Shown here: one piece after another, positions 48,629 through 59,200 of the stretch
Position numbering within the stretch: position 1 is the first letter of the stretch
Layout: each line of letters starts with the position of its first letter
From: Mycobacteriales bacterium
GTDB lineage: Bacteria; Actinomycetota; Actinomycetes; Mycobacteriales; SCTD01
Length of the DNA: 64,000 bases
Reading direction: 5' to 3'
Assembly (NCBI GenBank): GCA_030697205.1
Contig: JAUYQP010000059.1
Coordinates: 13,127 to 77,126 of the forward strand
Position numbers and translations under genes: made by a program
The notes under the pieces: model-generated
Databases searched by the model: none
Told to the model about the DNA's origin: nothing
What the model saw: only the letters and a program-made list of their open reading frames with translations

Positions 48629-49588
48629 GTGACCACCCCCTCACGGCGCACCACGGTCGCGGGTCTGGCCCTGCTGCTGCCCCTGCTCAGTGCGTGTGGT
48701 GAGACGCCCGGGAGCGCAGCCGGCACCACGACGGCCTCGCCCCCTCCCGTCGCCGCCCCTGCCGTCCCCGGTGGCACCACCCGGCCAACCACGCCGCTGC
48801 CGCCCGTCGACGTCGAGACGGGCGTCGTCCACGTCCACGGTCTCGGCGTCGACCCTGCGGACGGCGTCCTCTACGCGGCCACCCACTCGGGCCTGTTCCG
48901 CATCCCGGCCTCGGGTCGCGCCACCCGGGTGGCCAACCGCGCGCAGGACACCATGGGCTTCTCCGTCGCGGGCCCGGGGACCTTCATCGGCTCCGGCCAC
49001 CCCGACCCCCGGGAGGACGACGTACGACCGCCGCTGCTCGGCCTCATCCGGTCCACCGATGCGGGCCAGACCTGGGAGCGGCTGAGCCTGCACGGCACCG
49101 CCGACTTCCACTCGCTCGTCGCCGCACACGGCCAGGTCTACGGCTACGACTCCACCTCCGGCACGTTCATGGTCTCGAGCGACCTGCGCAGCTGGGACCG
49201 GCGCGCCCAGCTCCCCCTGCGCGACCTGGCCGTGGACCCCGCCGCACGCGACCGGGTGGTCGCCACGAGCCGGCAGGGCCTGCTGCGCAGCGAGGACGGC
49301 GGCCGCACCTTCGCGCCCGTCGCCGGCGCACCGGCGCTCGTGGTGCTGGCCTGGGACGACAGCGCCGGCCTCTACGGCATCGACATTGACGGGACGGTGC
49401 ACCGCTCCACCGACGCCGCCCGGACCTGGACGGCGGCGGGCAGCGCGGGCGGCAGCCCGGAGGCGCTCGCGGTCGACCCCCGCGACGGGACCACGACGGT
49501 CTACGTCGCCGTCGCCGAGCGCGGCATACTGGCCAGCACCGACGGGGGCGCCACCTTCACCACCCGCTACCGCGACAGCAGGGCGTGA
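48629..49588 (+). CDS. lipoprotein with BNR/Asp-box repeats (beta-propeller, sialidase/Ycf48-like)
   Basis: Lipobox LLSAC is present. Asp-boxes are STDAGQTW, SEDGGRTF, STDAARTW and STDGGATF. Confidence 0.8.
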   Translation: MTTPSRRTTVAGLALLLPLLSACGETPGSAAGTTTASPPPVAAPAVPGGTTRPTTPLPPVDVETGVVHVHGLGVDPADGVLYAATHSGLFRIPASGRATRVANRAQDTMGFSVAGPGTFIGSGHPDPREDDVRPPLLGLIRSTDAGQTWERLSLHGTADFHSLVAAHGQVYGYDSTSGTFMVSSDLRSWDRRAQLPLRDLAVDPAARDRVVATSRQGLLRSEDGGRTFAPVAGAPALVVLAWDDSAGLYGIDIDGTVHRSTDAARTWTAAGSAGGSPEALAVDPRDGTTTVYVAVAERGILASTDGGATFTTRYRDSRA

Positions 49589-49639
49589 CGCAAAGCATCG
49601 AGCCAACCAGCAGGAGCCACCCCTCCGCTGTCGAACACC

Positions 49640-50089
49640 ATGGCCATGAGACGACTCCTCGCCGCCGCCGCCGCCGTGTCCCTACTCTGCGCTGCTCCCG
49701 CCCTCGCCGCCAAGCCGGTCCCGAAGCACGCCCCGTGCAAGGCCCCTGCCGGTGCCTTCGTGGTGAAGCCGGGCACCCCGCTCACGCAGACCCCGACGAC
49801 CCCGATCGGTGTCCTCGGCGGCTTCGAGGAGCCCGTGGGCGACTTCTACGTCGACCTCGGTGGCCGGCCGAACTCCTCGACCAGCACGCTCGAGTTCGAG
49901 CTGTCCTGGACCAACCCCATCAGCGACTACGACCTCGTCGTCAACGGGGTCAACGAGTTGGGCACCGACAACCCGGAGTTCATCTCCGTCAAGGGCAGCC
50001 ACTGTCGGCGCGTCTCCGTCGCCATCGACGTCTTCCTCGGCGTGCCCGTCGACGAGCTGACCCTCGTCGCGAAGGCCACTCCTCGCTAG
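49640..50089 (+). CDS. secreted hypothetical protein
   Basis: Signal peptide MAMRRLLAAAAAVSLLCAAPALAA is followed by about 125 aa of beta-rich sequence. Confidence 0.68.
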   Translation: MAMRRLLAAAAAVSLLCAAPALAAKPVPKHAPCKAPAGAFVVKPGTPLTQTPTTPIGVLGGFEEPVGDFYVDLGGRPNSSTSTLEFELSWTNPISDYDLVVNGVNELGTDNPEFISVKGSHCRRVSVAIDVFLGVPVDELTLVAKATPR

Positions 50090-50174
50090 TCCCTGCTTGG
50101 CGCGGCAGGAGCGACTCGTCCCGTTGTCCGGGAGGTTCGTGACAGGCCCTTGGCCCTCGCGGCACCCTGCACGC

Positions 50175-51650
50175 ATGACGTCCGGCCACACGACCGAGCT
50201 GCCCACAACCGTGGCCGCCACGAAGACCGGTTTCGACGGCGACTACGACGTGGTCGTCGTCGGCTTCGGGATCGCGGGCGGGTGCGCGGCCGTCGAGGCG
50301 GCCCGGGCAGGTGCCCGGGTGCTGGTGCTCGAACGGGCCGCGGTCGCGGGCGGTACGAGCGCCATGGCCGGCGGCCACTTCTACCTCGGTGGCGGCACGG
50401 CGGTGCAGCAGGCCACCGGGCACGACGACAGCGCCGACGAGATGTTCGCCTACCTCATGGCGGTCACGCCCCACCCCGAGCCGGACAAGATCCGGGCCTA
50501 CTGCGACGACAGCGTCGAGCACTTCGACTGGCTCGAGGCGCTCGGCTTCGCCTTCGAGCGCAGCTACTACCCGGAGAAGGCGGTCATCCAGCCCGGCACC
50601 GAGGGTCTGATGTGGACCGGCAACGAGAAGGTGTGGCCCTTCCGCGAGCTGGCCCGCCCGGCACCTCGCGGCCACAAGGTGCCGGTGCCCGGCGACACCC
50701 AGGGTGCGTCGCTCGTCACCGGGCTGCTCGTCGAGCGGGCCGCAGAGCTCGGGGTCGAGGTCCGCTACGAGACCGGCGCGACGCAGCTCGTCGTCGACGG
50801 CGACCGAGTGGCCGGCGTCCGGTGGCGGTCCTTCGAGAAGACCGGTGCGGTACGGGCGCGCAGCGTCGTACTCGCTGCAGGTGGCTTCGTCATGAACCCC
50901 GCCATGGTCGCGGAGCACGTGCCGCAGCTGGGCGAGAAGCCCTTCGTGCTGGGCAGCACCTACGACGACGGGCTCGGCATCCGGCTCGGCCTGAGCGTCG
51001 GCGCCGAGGCCCTCCACATGGACCAGGCCTTCATCACCGCGCCGGTCTACCCGCCGTCGCGGCTGCTCACCGGGATCATCGTCAACCGCGAGGGCGACCG
51101 CTTCGTCGCGGAGGACAGCTACCACTCCCGCACGTCGGGCTTCGTCATGGACCAGCCCGGTCACGCCGCCTTCCTCGTCGTCGACAGCGAGCACGTCGAG
51201 CACCCGGTCTTCCCGCTCGCGCCCTTCATCGACGGGTGGGAGACGGTGGCGGAGATGGAGCAGGCCCTCGGCATCCCGGTAGGGCGCCTCACCGCCACGC
51301 TCTCGTCGTACAACGAGCATGCCGCGCGCAAGGAGGACCCGGCCTTCCACAAGCACCCTGACTGGCTCGAGCCCCAGGACGTGGGGCCGTGGGGGGCGTT
51401 CGACCTGACCCTCGGCACGGCGATGTACGCCGGCTTCACCCTCGGCGGCCTGCGGTGCACGGTGGACGGCGCGGTGCAGCGACCCGACGGCAGCGTCGTC
51501 GACGGGCTCTACGCGGCCGGTGCGTGCGCGGCCAACATCGCGCAGGACGGCAAGGGCTACAGCAGCGGGACCCAGCTCGGCGAGGGCTCCTACTTCGGGC
51601 GCCGGGCCGGCCGGCACGCGGCTGCCCGGTCAGGTCAGGCGGTCGAGTAG
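50175..51650 (+). CDS. FAD-binding dehydrogenase (KstD/fumarate-reductase flavoprotein-like)
   Basis: Dinucleotide fold [29 protein letters not shown] is present, with C-terminal GLYAAGACA. Confidence 0.88.
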   Translation: MTSGHTTELPTTVAATKTGFDGDYDVVVVGFGIAGGCAAVEAARAGARVLVLERAAVAGGTSAMAGGHFYLGGGTAVQQATGHDDSADEMFAYLMAVTPHPEPDKIRAYCDDSVEHFDWLEALGFAFERSYYPEKAVIQPGTEGLMWTGNEKVWPFRELARPAPRGHKVPVPGDTQGASLVTGLLVERAAELGVEVRYETGATQLVVDGDRVAGVRWRSFEKTGAVRARSVVLAAGGFVMNPAMVAEHVPQLGEKPFVLGSTYDDGLGIRLGLSVGAEALHMDQAFITAPVYPPSRLLTGIIVNREGDRFVAEDSYHSRTSGFVMDQPGHAAFLVVDSEHVEHPVFPLAPFIDGWETVAEMEQALGIPVGRLTATLSSYNEHAARKEDPAFHKHPDWLEPQDVGPWGAFDLTLGTAMYAGFTLGGLRCTVDGAVQRPDGSVVDGLYAAGACAANIAQDGKGYSSGTQLGEGSYFGRRAGRHAAARSGQAVE

Positions 51651-52469
51651 CCGCTCGAGGTGGGCGACGACCTCGGCCGGTTCTTTGTCGGGCATCCCGA
51701 AGGCGCACTCGGTCACGCCGATCTCGGCCAGGTGCGCGAGCCGCGCCGGGTCGGGCTTGCCACCCAGCGCCACGACCGCCGGCTCGCCGTCGCGGCCGGC
51801 ATCGGCCCACATCCGGCGGAGCAGGGCGACCTGCTCGGTCGGATCGGTCTCCCGCGGCGTGGTGATCCAGCCGTCGGCGTGGGCGCAGACCCAGGCGAAG
51901 GTCTTCTCCGTGCCGCCCGCGCCGACGAGCACGGGGACCCGGGGCTGCACCGGCTTTGGCCACGCCCAGCTGGGACCGAAGCGCACGTGCTCCCCGTCGT
52001 ACGACGCCTCGTCCTGCTCCCACAGCGCCCGCATCGCAGCGAGGGTCTCCGCGAGGACGGTCCGTCGCAGGCCTGCGGGGACGCCGTGGTCGGCGAGCTC
52101 GTCGGTGTTCCAGCCGAAGCCGACCCCCAGGGTGACCCTGCCGTCGCTGAGGTGGTCGAGCGAGGCGATCGTCTTCGCGAGGGTGATCGGGTCGGACTCG
52201 ACCGGCAGCGCGACCGCCGTCGCGAGGCGGATGCGCGTCGTCACGGCCGCCGCGGTCGCGAGCGACACCCACGGGTCGAGGGTGCGGGCGTAGCGGTCGT
52301 CGGGGAGCTCGGCCGTCCCGGTGCCGGGGTGCACCGCCTCGCGCCGGACGGGGATGTGGGTGTGCTCGGGCACGTAGAAGGTGTCGAAGCCGAGGCGCTC
52401 CGCGGCGACCGCCGCGTCGGCAGGGCGGATCCCGCGGTCGGACGTGAAGAGCACGACGCCGTGGCGCAC
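51630..52469 (-). CDS. LLM-class F420-dependent oxidoreductase
   Basis: VRHGVVLF...AERLGFDTFYVPEHTHIP...LDHLSDGRVTLGVGFGW is present. GTG 52469 follows AGGGGG; the ORF start at 52499 is an alternative. Confidence 0.86.
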   Translation of the reverse strand: MRHGVVLFTSDRGIRPADAAVAAERLGFDTFYVPEHTHIPVRREAVHPGTGTAELPDDRYARTLDPWVSLATAAAVTTRIRLATAVALPVESDPITLAKTIASLDHLSDGRVTLGVGFGWNTDELADHGVPAGLRRTVLAETLAAMRALWEQDEASYDGEHVRFGPSWAWPKPVQPRVPVLVGAGGTEKTFAWVCAHADGWITTPRETDPTEQVALLRRMWADAGRDGEPAVVALGGKPDPARLAHLAEIGVTECAFGMPDKEPAEVVAHLERLLDRLT

Positions 52470-52544
52470 GGGCCACCCCCTGTCGGTCGAGGTGCGCACC
52501 CTACAACTACTTGCGTAGCGAATGCATCCGTGTCAGGCTGACCC

Positions 52545-53015
52545 GTGGCTCTCGACGACCTGGTGCGACTGCTCAACGACCTCTACCGGTTGTCGGGCTC
52601 GGCGCGCGTGCACGCTGACACCGTCCGGGTCACGGGGGTGGCGGTGACCCAGACGGGGCTGCGGTTCCTCAGCCTGGTGGCCGACTCCCCGCGCATCTCC
52701 GCCACCGACCTGGCCGCCAGTGCCGACGTCAGCCAGCCCACCGCGAGCCGGGTCCTGCAGACCCTCGAGGCCGACGGCCTGGTGGTGCGCCACGCCAGCC
52801 CGAGCGACGGCCGGCTGTCCCACTACGTCGCGACGGCTGCCGGCAAGCGCGCCCTGGCCAAGGTCCACCGCTACCACGTCGAGCGCCTCGCGCAGTCCCT
52901 CGCCGACGTCGACGACGACCGCCGGCGCGAGATGGTCGACGTCGTCGCGGAGCTCGTCACCCGGTTCCACACCACCGCCGAGGGACGCCCCGGCACCGCC
53001 AGGAGGAGCGCATGA
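52545..53015 (+). CDS. MarR-family transcriptional regulator
   Basis: Winged-helix region ISATDLAASADVSQPTASRVLQTLEADGLVVR. The stop overlaps the kshA start (ATGA). Confidence 0.85.
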   Translation: MALDDLVRLLNDLYRLSGSARVHADTVRVTGVAVTQTGLRFLSLVADSPRISATDLAASADVSQPTASRVLQTLEADGLVVRHASPSDGRLSHYVATAAGKRALAKVHRYHVERLAQSLADVDDDRRREMVDVVAELVTRFHTTAEGRPGTARRSA

Positions 53016-54178
53016 CCAGCCCCGACACGGCCGTCCGGACCATCGAGGCGGGCACCCCACCGGAGCGCTTCGCCCGCGGCTGGCACCTGCTGGGCCTCAC
53101 CCGCGACCTCGCCGACGGCACGCCGCACGGCATCGAGGCCTTCGGCACCAAGCTCGTCGTCTGGCAGACGGGCGGCGGCGAGTTCAAGGTCCTCGACGCC
53201 TACTGCCGCCACATGGGCGGTGACCTGTCGCAGGGCACCGTCGAGGGCGACGTCGTCGCCTGCCCGTTCCACTCCTGGCGGTGGGGCGGTGACGGCAAGT
53301 GCCAGGAGATCCCCTACGCCCGGCGGGTGCCTCCGCGCGCCCGCACCCGAGCCTGGACCACGTCGGTCGTCGACGACCAGCTCTTCGTCTGGCACGACCC
53401 GGAAGGCAACCCGCCCCCTGAGGACGTCGTCATCCCCGCCATCCCCGGCTACGCCGACGGCGAGTGGACCTCCTGGGTCTGGGACTCCACGACCGTCGAC
53501 TCCCACTGCCGCGAGATCATCGACAACATGGTCGACATGGCCCACTTCTACTACATCCACAAGGGCCTGCCGACCTACTTCAAGAACGTCTTCGAGGGTC
53601 ACGTCTGCACGCAGTACTACTCCGGCACGACCCACGAGATCGCGGCCCAGGGCCTGCCGATCGACATCGGGGTCTACGAGGACCAGCAGACCGTCAGCGA
53701 CGCCACCTACTGGGGGCCGAGCTACCTCGTCGACAAGCTCTGGACGAAGTATGGCGACATGGTCTTCGAGACCGTGCTCATCACCTGCCACTACCCCGTG
53801 ACGTCGAGCAGCTTCGTCCTCAACTACGGCATGGTCATGAAGAAGAAGCCGGAGTTCGACGACGCCACCAACGAGATGATCGCCGGCAAGATGCTCGCGA
53901 TGATCGGTGAGGGCTTCCTCGAGGACGTCAAGATCTGGAAGAGCAAGACCCGCATCGACAACCCTCTGCTGTGCGAGGAGGACGGGCCCGTCTACCAGCT
54001 GCGCCGGTGGTACGAGCAGTTCTACGTCGACATCGCCGACGTCACGCCGGAGATGACGCAGCGCTTCGAGTTCGAGATCGACACCACCAAGGCGGTCGAC
54101 TTCTGGCAGAAGGAGCTCGTCGAGAAGGCCGCCGCTGCGCAGGCCGCCGCTCAGGCCGTCGAGCCGTCGCCTGCCTGA
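53012..54178 (+). CDS. kshA: 3-ketosteroid-9-alpha-monooxygenase oxygenase subunit (Rieske)
   Basis: Rieske motif CRHMGGDLSQG...CPFHSWRW, and the non-haem iron region DNMVDMAHFYYIH. Similarity to KshA is collinear. Confidence 0.92.
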   Translation: MTSPDTAVRTIEAGTPPERFARGWHLLGLTRDLADGTPHGIEAFGTKLVVWQTGGGEFKVLDAYCRHMGGDLSQGTVEGDVVACPFHSWRWGGDGKCQEIPYARRVPPRARTRAWTTSVVDDQLFVWHDPEGNPPPEDVVIPAIPGYADGEWTSWVWDSTTVDSHCREIIDNMVDMAHFYYIHKGLPTYFKNVFEGHVCTQYYSGTTHEIAAQGLPIDIGVYEDQQTVSDATYWGPSYLVDKLWTKYGDMVFETVLITCHYPVTSSSFVLNYGMVMKKKPEFDDATNEMIAGKMLAMIGEGFLEDVKIWKSKTRIDNPLLCEEDGPVYQLRRWYEQFYVDIADVTPEMTQRFEFEIDTTKAVDFWQKELVEKAAAAQAAAQAVEPSPA

Positions 54179-54387
54179 TGCAGCCCGTCGACTGCGCCCG
54201 CTGCGGCACGACCGTGCTGGTCTCGAAGGTCAGCGCCGCGCAGACCTCGATCCAGTGGGAGGTCGACAGCGCGGTCTGCCCCGAGCGGGCCCGGCTCGCG
54301 GTCGGCGACACCTGCCCGCACCTGTCCGACTCGATCCGAGACGCCGTGCTCGACGGGCGGCTGGAGGTGACCACGGATGAGCTCTGA
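54178..54387 (+). CDS. 69-aa Cys-containing hypothetical protein between kshA and kshB
   Basis: The ATG shares 1 nt with the kshA stop (TGATG) and the 3' end overlaps kshB by 11 nt. Sequence MQPVDCARCGTTVLVSKVSAAQTSIQWEVDSAVCPERARLAVGDTCPHL contains CxxC...C...CPH. Confidence 0.58.
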   Translation: MQPVDCARCGTTVLVSKVSAAQTSIQWEVDSAVCPERARLAVGDTCPHLSDSIRDAVLDGRLEVTTDEL

Positions 54388-55396
54388 GAAGCTGCGGCTG
54401 AAGGTCCTCGAGGTCGTCCACGAGACGGGCGACGCGCACTCCATCGTCTTCGAGCGCCCCGCCGGGCTGACCTACCGCCCGGGCCAGTTCCTCACCCTGC
54501 GGCTCCCCCACGCCGACGGCGTCGTGGCCCGCTGCTACTCCCTGTCGAGCGCGCCCGACGTCGACGAGCACCTGCAGGTCACCGTCAAGCGGGTGCGGGA
54601 CGGGCGCGGCAGCAACTGGGTCTGCGACGAGGTGCTCGCCGGGCACGAGCTCGACGTCCTCGCCCCCAGCGGCACCTTCACGCCGAAGAGCCTCGACACC
54701 GACCTGCTGCTGCTCGCCGGCGGCTCGGGCATCACCCCCGTGATGAGCATCGTGAAGAGCTCGCTCGCCCACGGGTCGGGCCGGATGCTGCTCGTCTACG
54801 CCAACCGCGACGAGGCCTCGGTCATCTTCCACCGCGAGCTGCGCGGGCTCGTCGCCGCGCACCCCGACCGGCTCGTCGTCCTGCACTGGCTCGAGACCGT
54901 GCAGGGCCTGCCGAGCAAGGCCCCGCTGCAGGAGATCGTGCGCCCCTGGGCCCACGCCGAGGCCTTCGTCTGCGGGCCCGCGCCCTTCATGGACTGCGCC
55001 GCCGAGGCGCTCCGGGAGCTCGGCGTCAGCCGGGACCGCATCCACGTGGAGCGCTTCACCAGCCTGCTCGGCGACCCGTGGACGGAGGAGGCACCGGCCG
55101 CGCGCACCGCCGGCGAGGCCACCGTCGACCTCGTCGTCGAGCTCGACGGCACGACCCACGAGCTCGCCTGGCCGGTCAGCCAGAAGCTGCTGGACTTCCT
55201 GCTCGACGAGGGCCTCGACGCCCCCTACTCCTGCCGCGAGGGCGCCTGCTCCGCCTGCGGGCTCAAGCTGCTCGACGGCGAGGTCGCGATGGACAGCAAC
55301 TCCGTGCTCGAGCAGCAGGACCTCGACGAGGGCTGGCGCCTCGCCTGCCAGTCCCGCCCTGTGAGCGACACCGTGAAGGTCAGCTACGACGGCTGA
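54377..55396 (+). CDS. kshB: ferredoxin-NAD(P) reductase with C-terminal 2Fe-2S domain (KshB-type reductase)
   Basis: FAD/NAD motifs RCYSLSS and LLLAGGSGITP are present, with the plant-type ferredoxin motif CREGACSACGLKL. Confidence 0.9.
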   Translation: MSSEKLRLKVLEVVHETGDAHSIVFERPAGLTYRPGQFLTLRLPHADGVVARCYSLSSAPDVDEHLQVTVKRVRDGRGSNWVCDEVLAGHELDVLAPSGTFTPKSLDTDLLLLAGGSGITPVMSIVKSSLAHGSGRMLLVYANRDEASVIFHRELRGLVAAHPDRLVVLHWLETVQGLPSKAPLQEIVRPWAHAEAFVCGPAPFMDCAAEALRELGVSRDRIHVERFTSLLGDPWTEEAPAARTAGEATVDLVVELDGTTHELAWPVSQKLLDFLLDEGLDAPYSCREGACSACGLKLLDGEVAMDSNSVLEQQDLDEGWRLACQSRPVSDTVKVSYDG

Positions 55397-55469
55397 CCCT
55401 GTCCGGTTCGTCCGCTCTGTCACCCGTTTGGCCCTGCTGGCCGACCTGTGACATGCCGACGTCGGAGAC

Positions 55470-56246
55470 GTGCGCCGGTCCCAGCCCCCGCGCCGCTCGC
55501 GCCGGGCCGCAGCGGTGAGCCTCGTCGCGCTCCCGCTCCTGCTGACCGCCACCACCCTCGTCAGCAGCCCGGCAGCCGCCGCAGCGCCCGCCCCCGCCGG
55601 CGCGCAGGCCGCGCCGAAGTCACCCTCGCCCTCGCCCAAGCCCAGCCCGCCTGGGAAGGGCGGCGGCAAGCCGACCCCCGCCGCCACCGCACAGCCCACG
55701 GCGAGCTCCACGACCGCACCGATGACGGCGCCCACGACGGCCGCCTCGGCCGCGCCGACCCGGGCCGCCGCCACCACAGCCGCGACCAGACCCGCGACCA
55801 GAGCAGCCAGGACAGCAGCCACGACGAGGCCCGCCCTCCGACCGGCTCCCGTCGTACGCCTGACGACCTCGGCCACCCCGACGCCCGCCGGCCCGAACGC
55901 GTCCGTCACCCCACCCACCCCTGCCGGCCGCGAGGACGACTCGACCGCCCGGCGGACCTTCGCCCAGGTCGGCGAGTCGCTCTCCGTCGCGGCCCGCGAC
56001 CCGCAGCTCCCGCTCGGCGTCCTGCTGGCGGTCGTGGTCTTCGTGCTCGTGCAGAACCGCATCGACCGGCGCGACCCCAAGCTGGTGGCGGCGCGCACGA
56101 CGACACCCGCAGAGCTGGAGTTCGCTCCCCCGGTGCGCCGCAGCGACCCGCCGCGACCGCGGCGCAGGGCACCGCGCCCGCTGCTGCGCATCGTCGTCCC
56201 CGATGCCCACCACAGCTCGCCGAGCGCCCTGCCGGGGGACCTCTGA
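55470..56246 (+). CDS. Ala/Pro/Thr-rich secreted, C-terminally membrane-anchored protein
   Basis: Signal peptide RRAAAVSLVALPLLLTATTLVSSPAAAAA is followed by a long low-complexity A/P/T region, then a TM segment LPLGVLLAVVVFVLV. GC3 is high. Confidence 0.58.
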   Translation: MRRSQPPRRSRRAAAVSLVALPLLLTATTLVSSPAAAAAPAPAGAQAAPKSPSPSPKPSPPGKGGGKPTPAATAQPTASSTTAPMTAPTTAASAAPTRAAATTAATRPATRAARTAATTRPALRPAPVVRLTTSATPTPAGPNASVTPPTPAGREDDSTARRTFAQVGESLSVAARDPQLPLGVLLAVVVFVLVQNRIDRRDPKLVAARTTTPAELEFAPPVRRSDPPRPRRRAPRPLLRIVVPDAHHSSPSALPGDL

Positions 56247-56291
56247 GCGAGGGGCGTGACAACTACTAGGACATCCACGTATTCTCGGCGG

Positions 56292-59200
56292 ATGGCCACT
56301 GTCGACCTGCACGTGCCCGCCCACCCGGTCCGCTTCGTCACCGCGGCGAGCCTGTTCGACGGCCACGACGCCGCGATCAACATCATGCGGCGGGTGCTGC
56401 AATCGCAGGGCGCCGAGGTGGTCCACCTGGGCCACGACCGCAGCGTCGAGGCCGTCGTCACCGCAGCGCTGCAGGAGGACGTGCAGGGCGTCGCGGTCAG
56501 CTCCTACCAGGGCGGCCACGTCGAGTACTTCAGCTACCTCAAGGAGCGCCTCGCCGAGGCCGGCGCCGGTCACGTGCAGGTCTTCGGCGGCGGCGGCGGC
56601 GTCATCGTCCCGGAGGAGATCGCGCTGCTGAGGAGCCGTGGCGTCACCATCTTCGCCCCGGAGGACGGCCAGCGGCTCGGCCTCGCCGGCATGATCAACA
56701 CCCTGGTCCGCGACTGCGACGTCGACCTCGCCGGGACCCCGCCGACCCTCGACGCCGTGCTGTCCGGCGACGTCGCCGCCCTCGCCCGGGCGATCACCGT
56801 CGTCGAGCAGGGCCGCTCCCCCGAGCTCGCGGCGGCCCTGCGCGAGCGGGCCGGCGCGACGCCGGTCCTCGGCATCACCGGCACCGGCGGCTCGGGCAAG
56901 TCGAGCCTCACCGACGAGCTGCTGCGCCGCTTCCGGCTCGACCAGGAGGACAAGCTGCGGATCGCGGTCCTCGCGATCGACCCGACCCGGCGCAAGGGCG
57001 GCGGGGCGCTGCTCGGCGACCGGATCCGGATGAACAGCCTGACCGGGGCGAGCGTCTTCTTCCGCTCGCTCGCCACCCGCACCAGCGGCTCGCCCGTGCC
57101 CGAGCACCTCGCCGATGTCATCGCCACCTGCCGGGCCGCGGGCTTCGACCTCGTCGTCGTCGAGACCCCCGGCGTGGGCCAGGGCGACGCGACGATCACC
57201 GACTTCTGCGACGCCTCGCTCTACGTCATGACCCCGGAGTACGGCGCGGCGTCCCAGCTCGAGAAGATCGACATGCTCGACCACGCCGACGTGGTGGCCA
57301 TCAACAAGTACGAGCGCCGCGGCGCGGAGGACGCGCGGCGCGACGTGGCTCGCCAGATGGTGCGCAACCGCGAGGCCTTCGGGCAGTCATGGGAGGACAT
57401 GCCGGTCTTCGGGACCTCGGCGGCGCGCTTCCACGACGACGGCGTCACCGCGCTCTACCACCACGTGCGCGACCTGCTGGTGGACAAGGGCCTGGAAGCC
57501 GGCGCCGGCGTGCTGCCACGAGTCGCGACGAAGACCTCGACCGGCCTCACGTCGGTGCTGCCCGCGGCCCGCGAGCGCTACCTCGCCGAGATCAGCGCGG
57601 TCGTGCGCGGCTACCACGCCGAGACCATGCGCCAGGCCGCGCTCGCCCGTCGACGCCAGCACCTCACCACCGCCCGCGACCTGGTGACGGACCCCACCGA
57701 GCTCAACGGCCTGCTCGCCGCGACCACGGTCGCGACCGACGCGCAGGCGCTGCTGGACAGCTGGCCGGCGACCCTCGAGGAGCACCGCGGTGACGAGCTC
57801 GTCTACACCGTGCGCGGCCAGGAGATCCGCACCGCGCTGACCCGCACCACCCTGTCCGGCAACAAGGTCCGACGGGTCTCGTTGCCCACGACGACGGACG
57901 ACGCGGAGCTGCTGTCGTTCCTGCGCCGCGAGAACCTCCCCGGTCACTTCCCCTACACCGCAGGGGTCTTCCCGTTCAAGCGCGAGGGCGAGGCGCCCGC
58001 GCGGATGTTCGCCGGCGAAGGCGACGCCTTCCGCACCAACCGCCGCTTCCAGGTGCTGTCGAAGGGCCAGCCCGCGACCCGGCTGTCGACGGCCTTCGAC
58101 TCGGTGACGCTCTACGGCCGCGACCCCGAGCTGCGCCCCGACGTCTACGGCAAGGTCGGCACGTCGGGCGTCTCGATCGCGACCCTCGACGACATGAAGG
58201 AGCTCTACGCCGGCTTCGACCTGTGCTCGCCGACGACGTCGGTGTCGATGACCATCAACGGCCCGGCGCCGACGATCCTCGCGATGTTCCTCAACACCGC
58301 GATCGACCAGCGGCTCGACCGCTTCCGCGACGAGGAGGGCCGCGAGCCCGACTCCGCCGAGCTCGACGAACTGCGTGCATGGGTGCTGCAGAACGTCCGC
58401 GGCACCGTGCAGGCCGACATCCTCAAGGAGGACCAGGGCCAGAACACCTGCATCTTCTCCACGGAGTTCGCGCTGCGGTGCATGGCCGACATCGCCGAGT
58501 GGTTCGTCGCGCACGAGGTCCGCAACTTCTACTCCGTGAGCATCTCCGGCTACCACATCGCCGAGGCCGGGGCGAACCCCATCAGCCAGCTTGCCTTCAC
58601 CCTCGCCAACGGCTTCACCTACGTCGAGGCCTACCTCGAGCGCGGCATGTCGATCGACGACTTCGCCCCCAACCTGTCGTTCTTCTTCAGCAACGGCATG
58701 GACGCCGAGTACACCGTGATCGGTCGCGTCGCCCGAAGGATCTGGGCGGTCGCGATGAAGGAGCGCTACGGCGCGTCGGAGCGCTCGCAGAAGCTGAAGT
58801 ACCACGTGCAGACCTCAGGCCGGTCACTGCACGCGCAGGAGATGGCGTTCAACGACATCCGCACGACCCTGCAGGCCCTGTGCGCGCTCTACGACAACGC
58901 CAACTCCCTGCACACCAACGCCTACGACGAAGCCGTGACCACCCCGACCGAGGAGTCGGTGCGCCGGGCGCTGGCGATCCAGATGGTCATCGACAAGGAG
59001 TGGGGCCTGTCGGCCAACGAGAACCCGCTGCAGGGCTCCTTCGTCGTCGACGAGCTCACCGATCTCGTCGAGGAGGCCGTGCTCGCGGAGTTCGACCGGA
59101 TCGCCGAGCGCGGCGGCGTCCTCGGCGCGATGGAGACCGGCTACCAGCGCGGCCGCATCCAGGACGAGTCGATGCTCTACGAGCACAAGAAGCACGACGG

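Noticed and set aside
55620-57284. 554-aa minus-strand ORF
   Set aside because: It is antisense to icmF and to the A/P/T-rich gene. Its composition (G/R/A/D runs) is typical of high-GC shadow frames, and it has no recognisable motifs.
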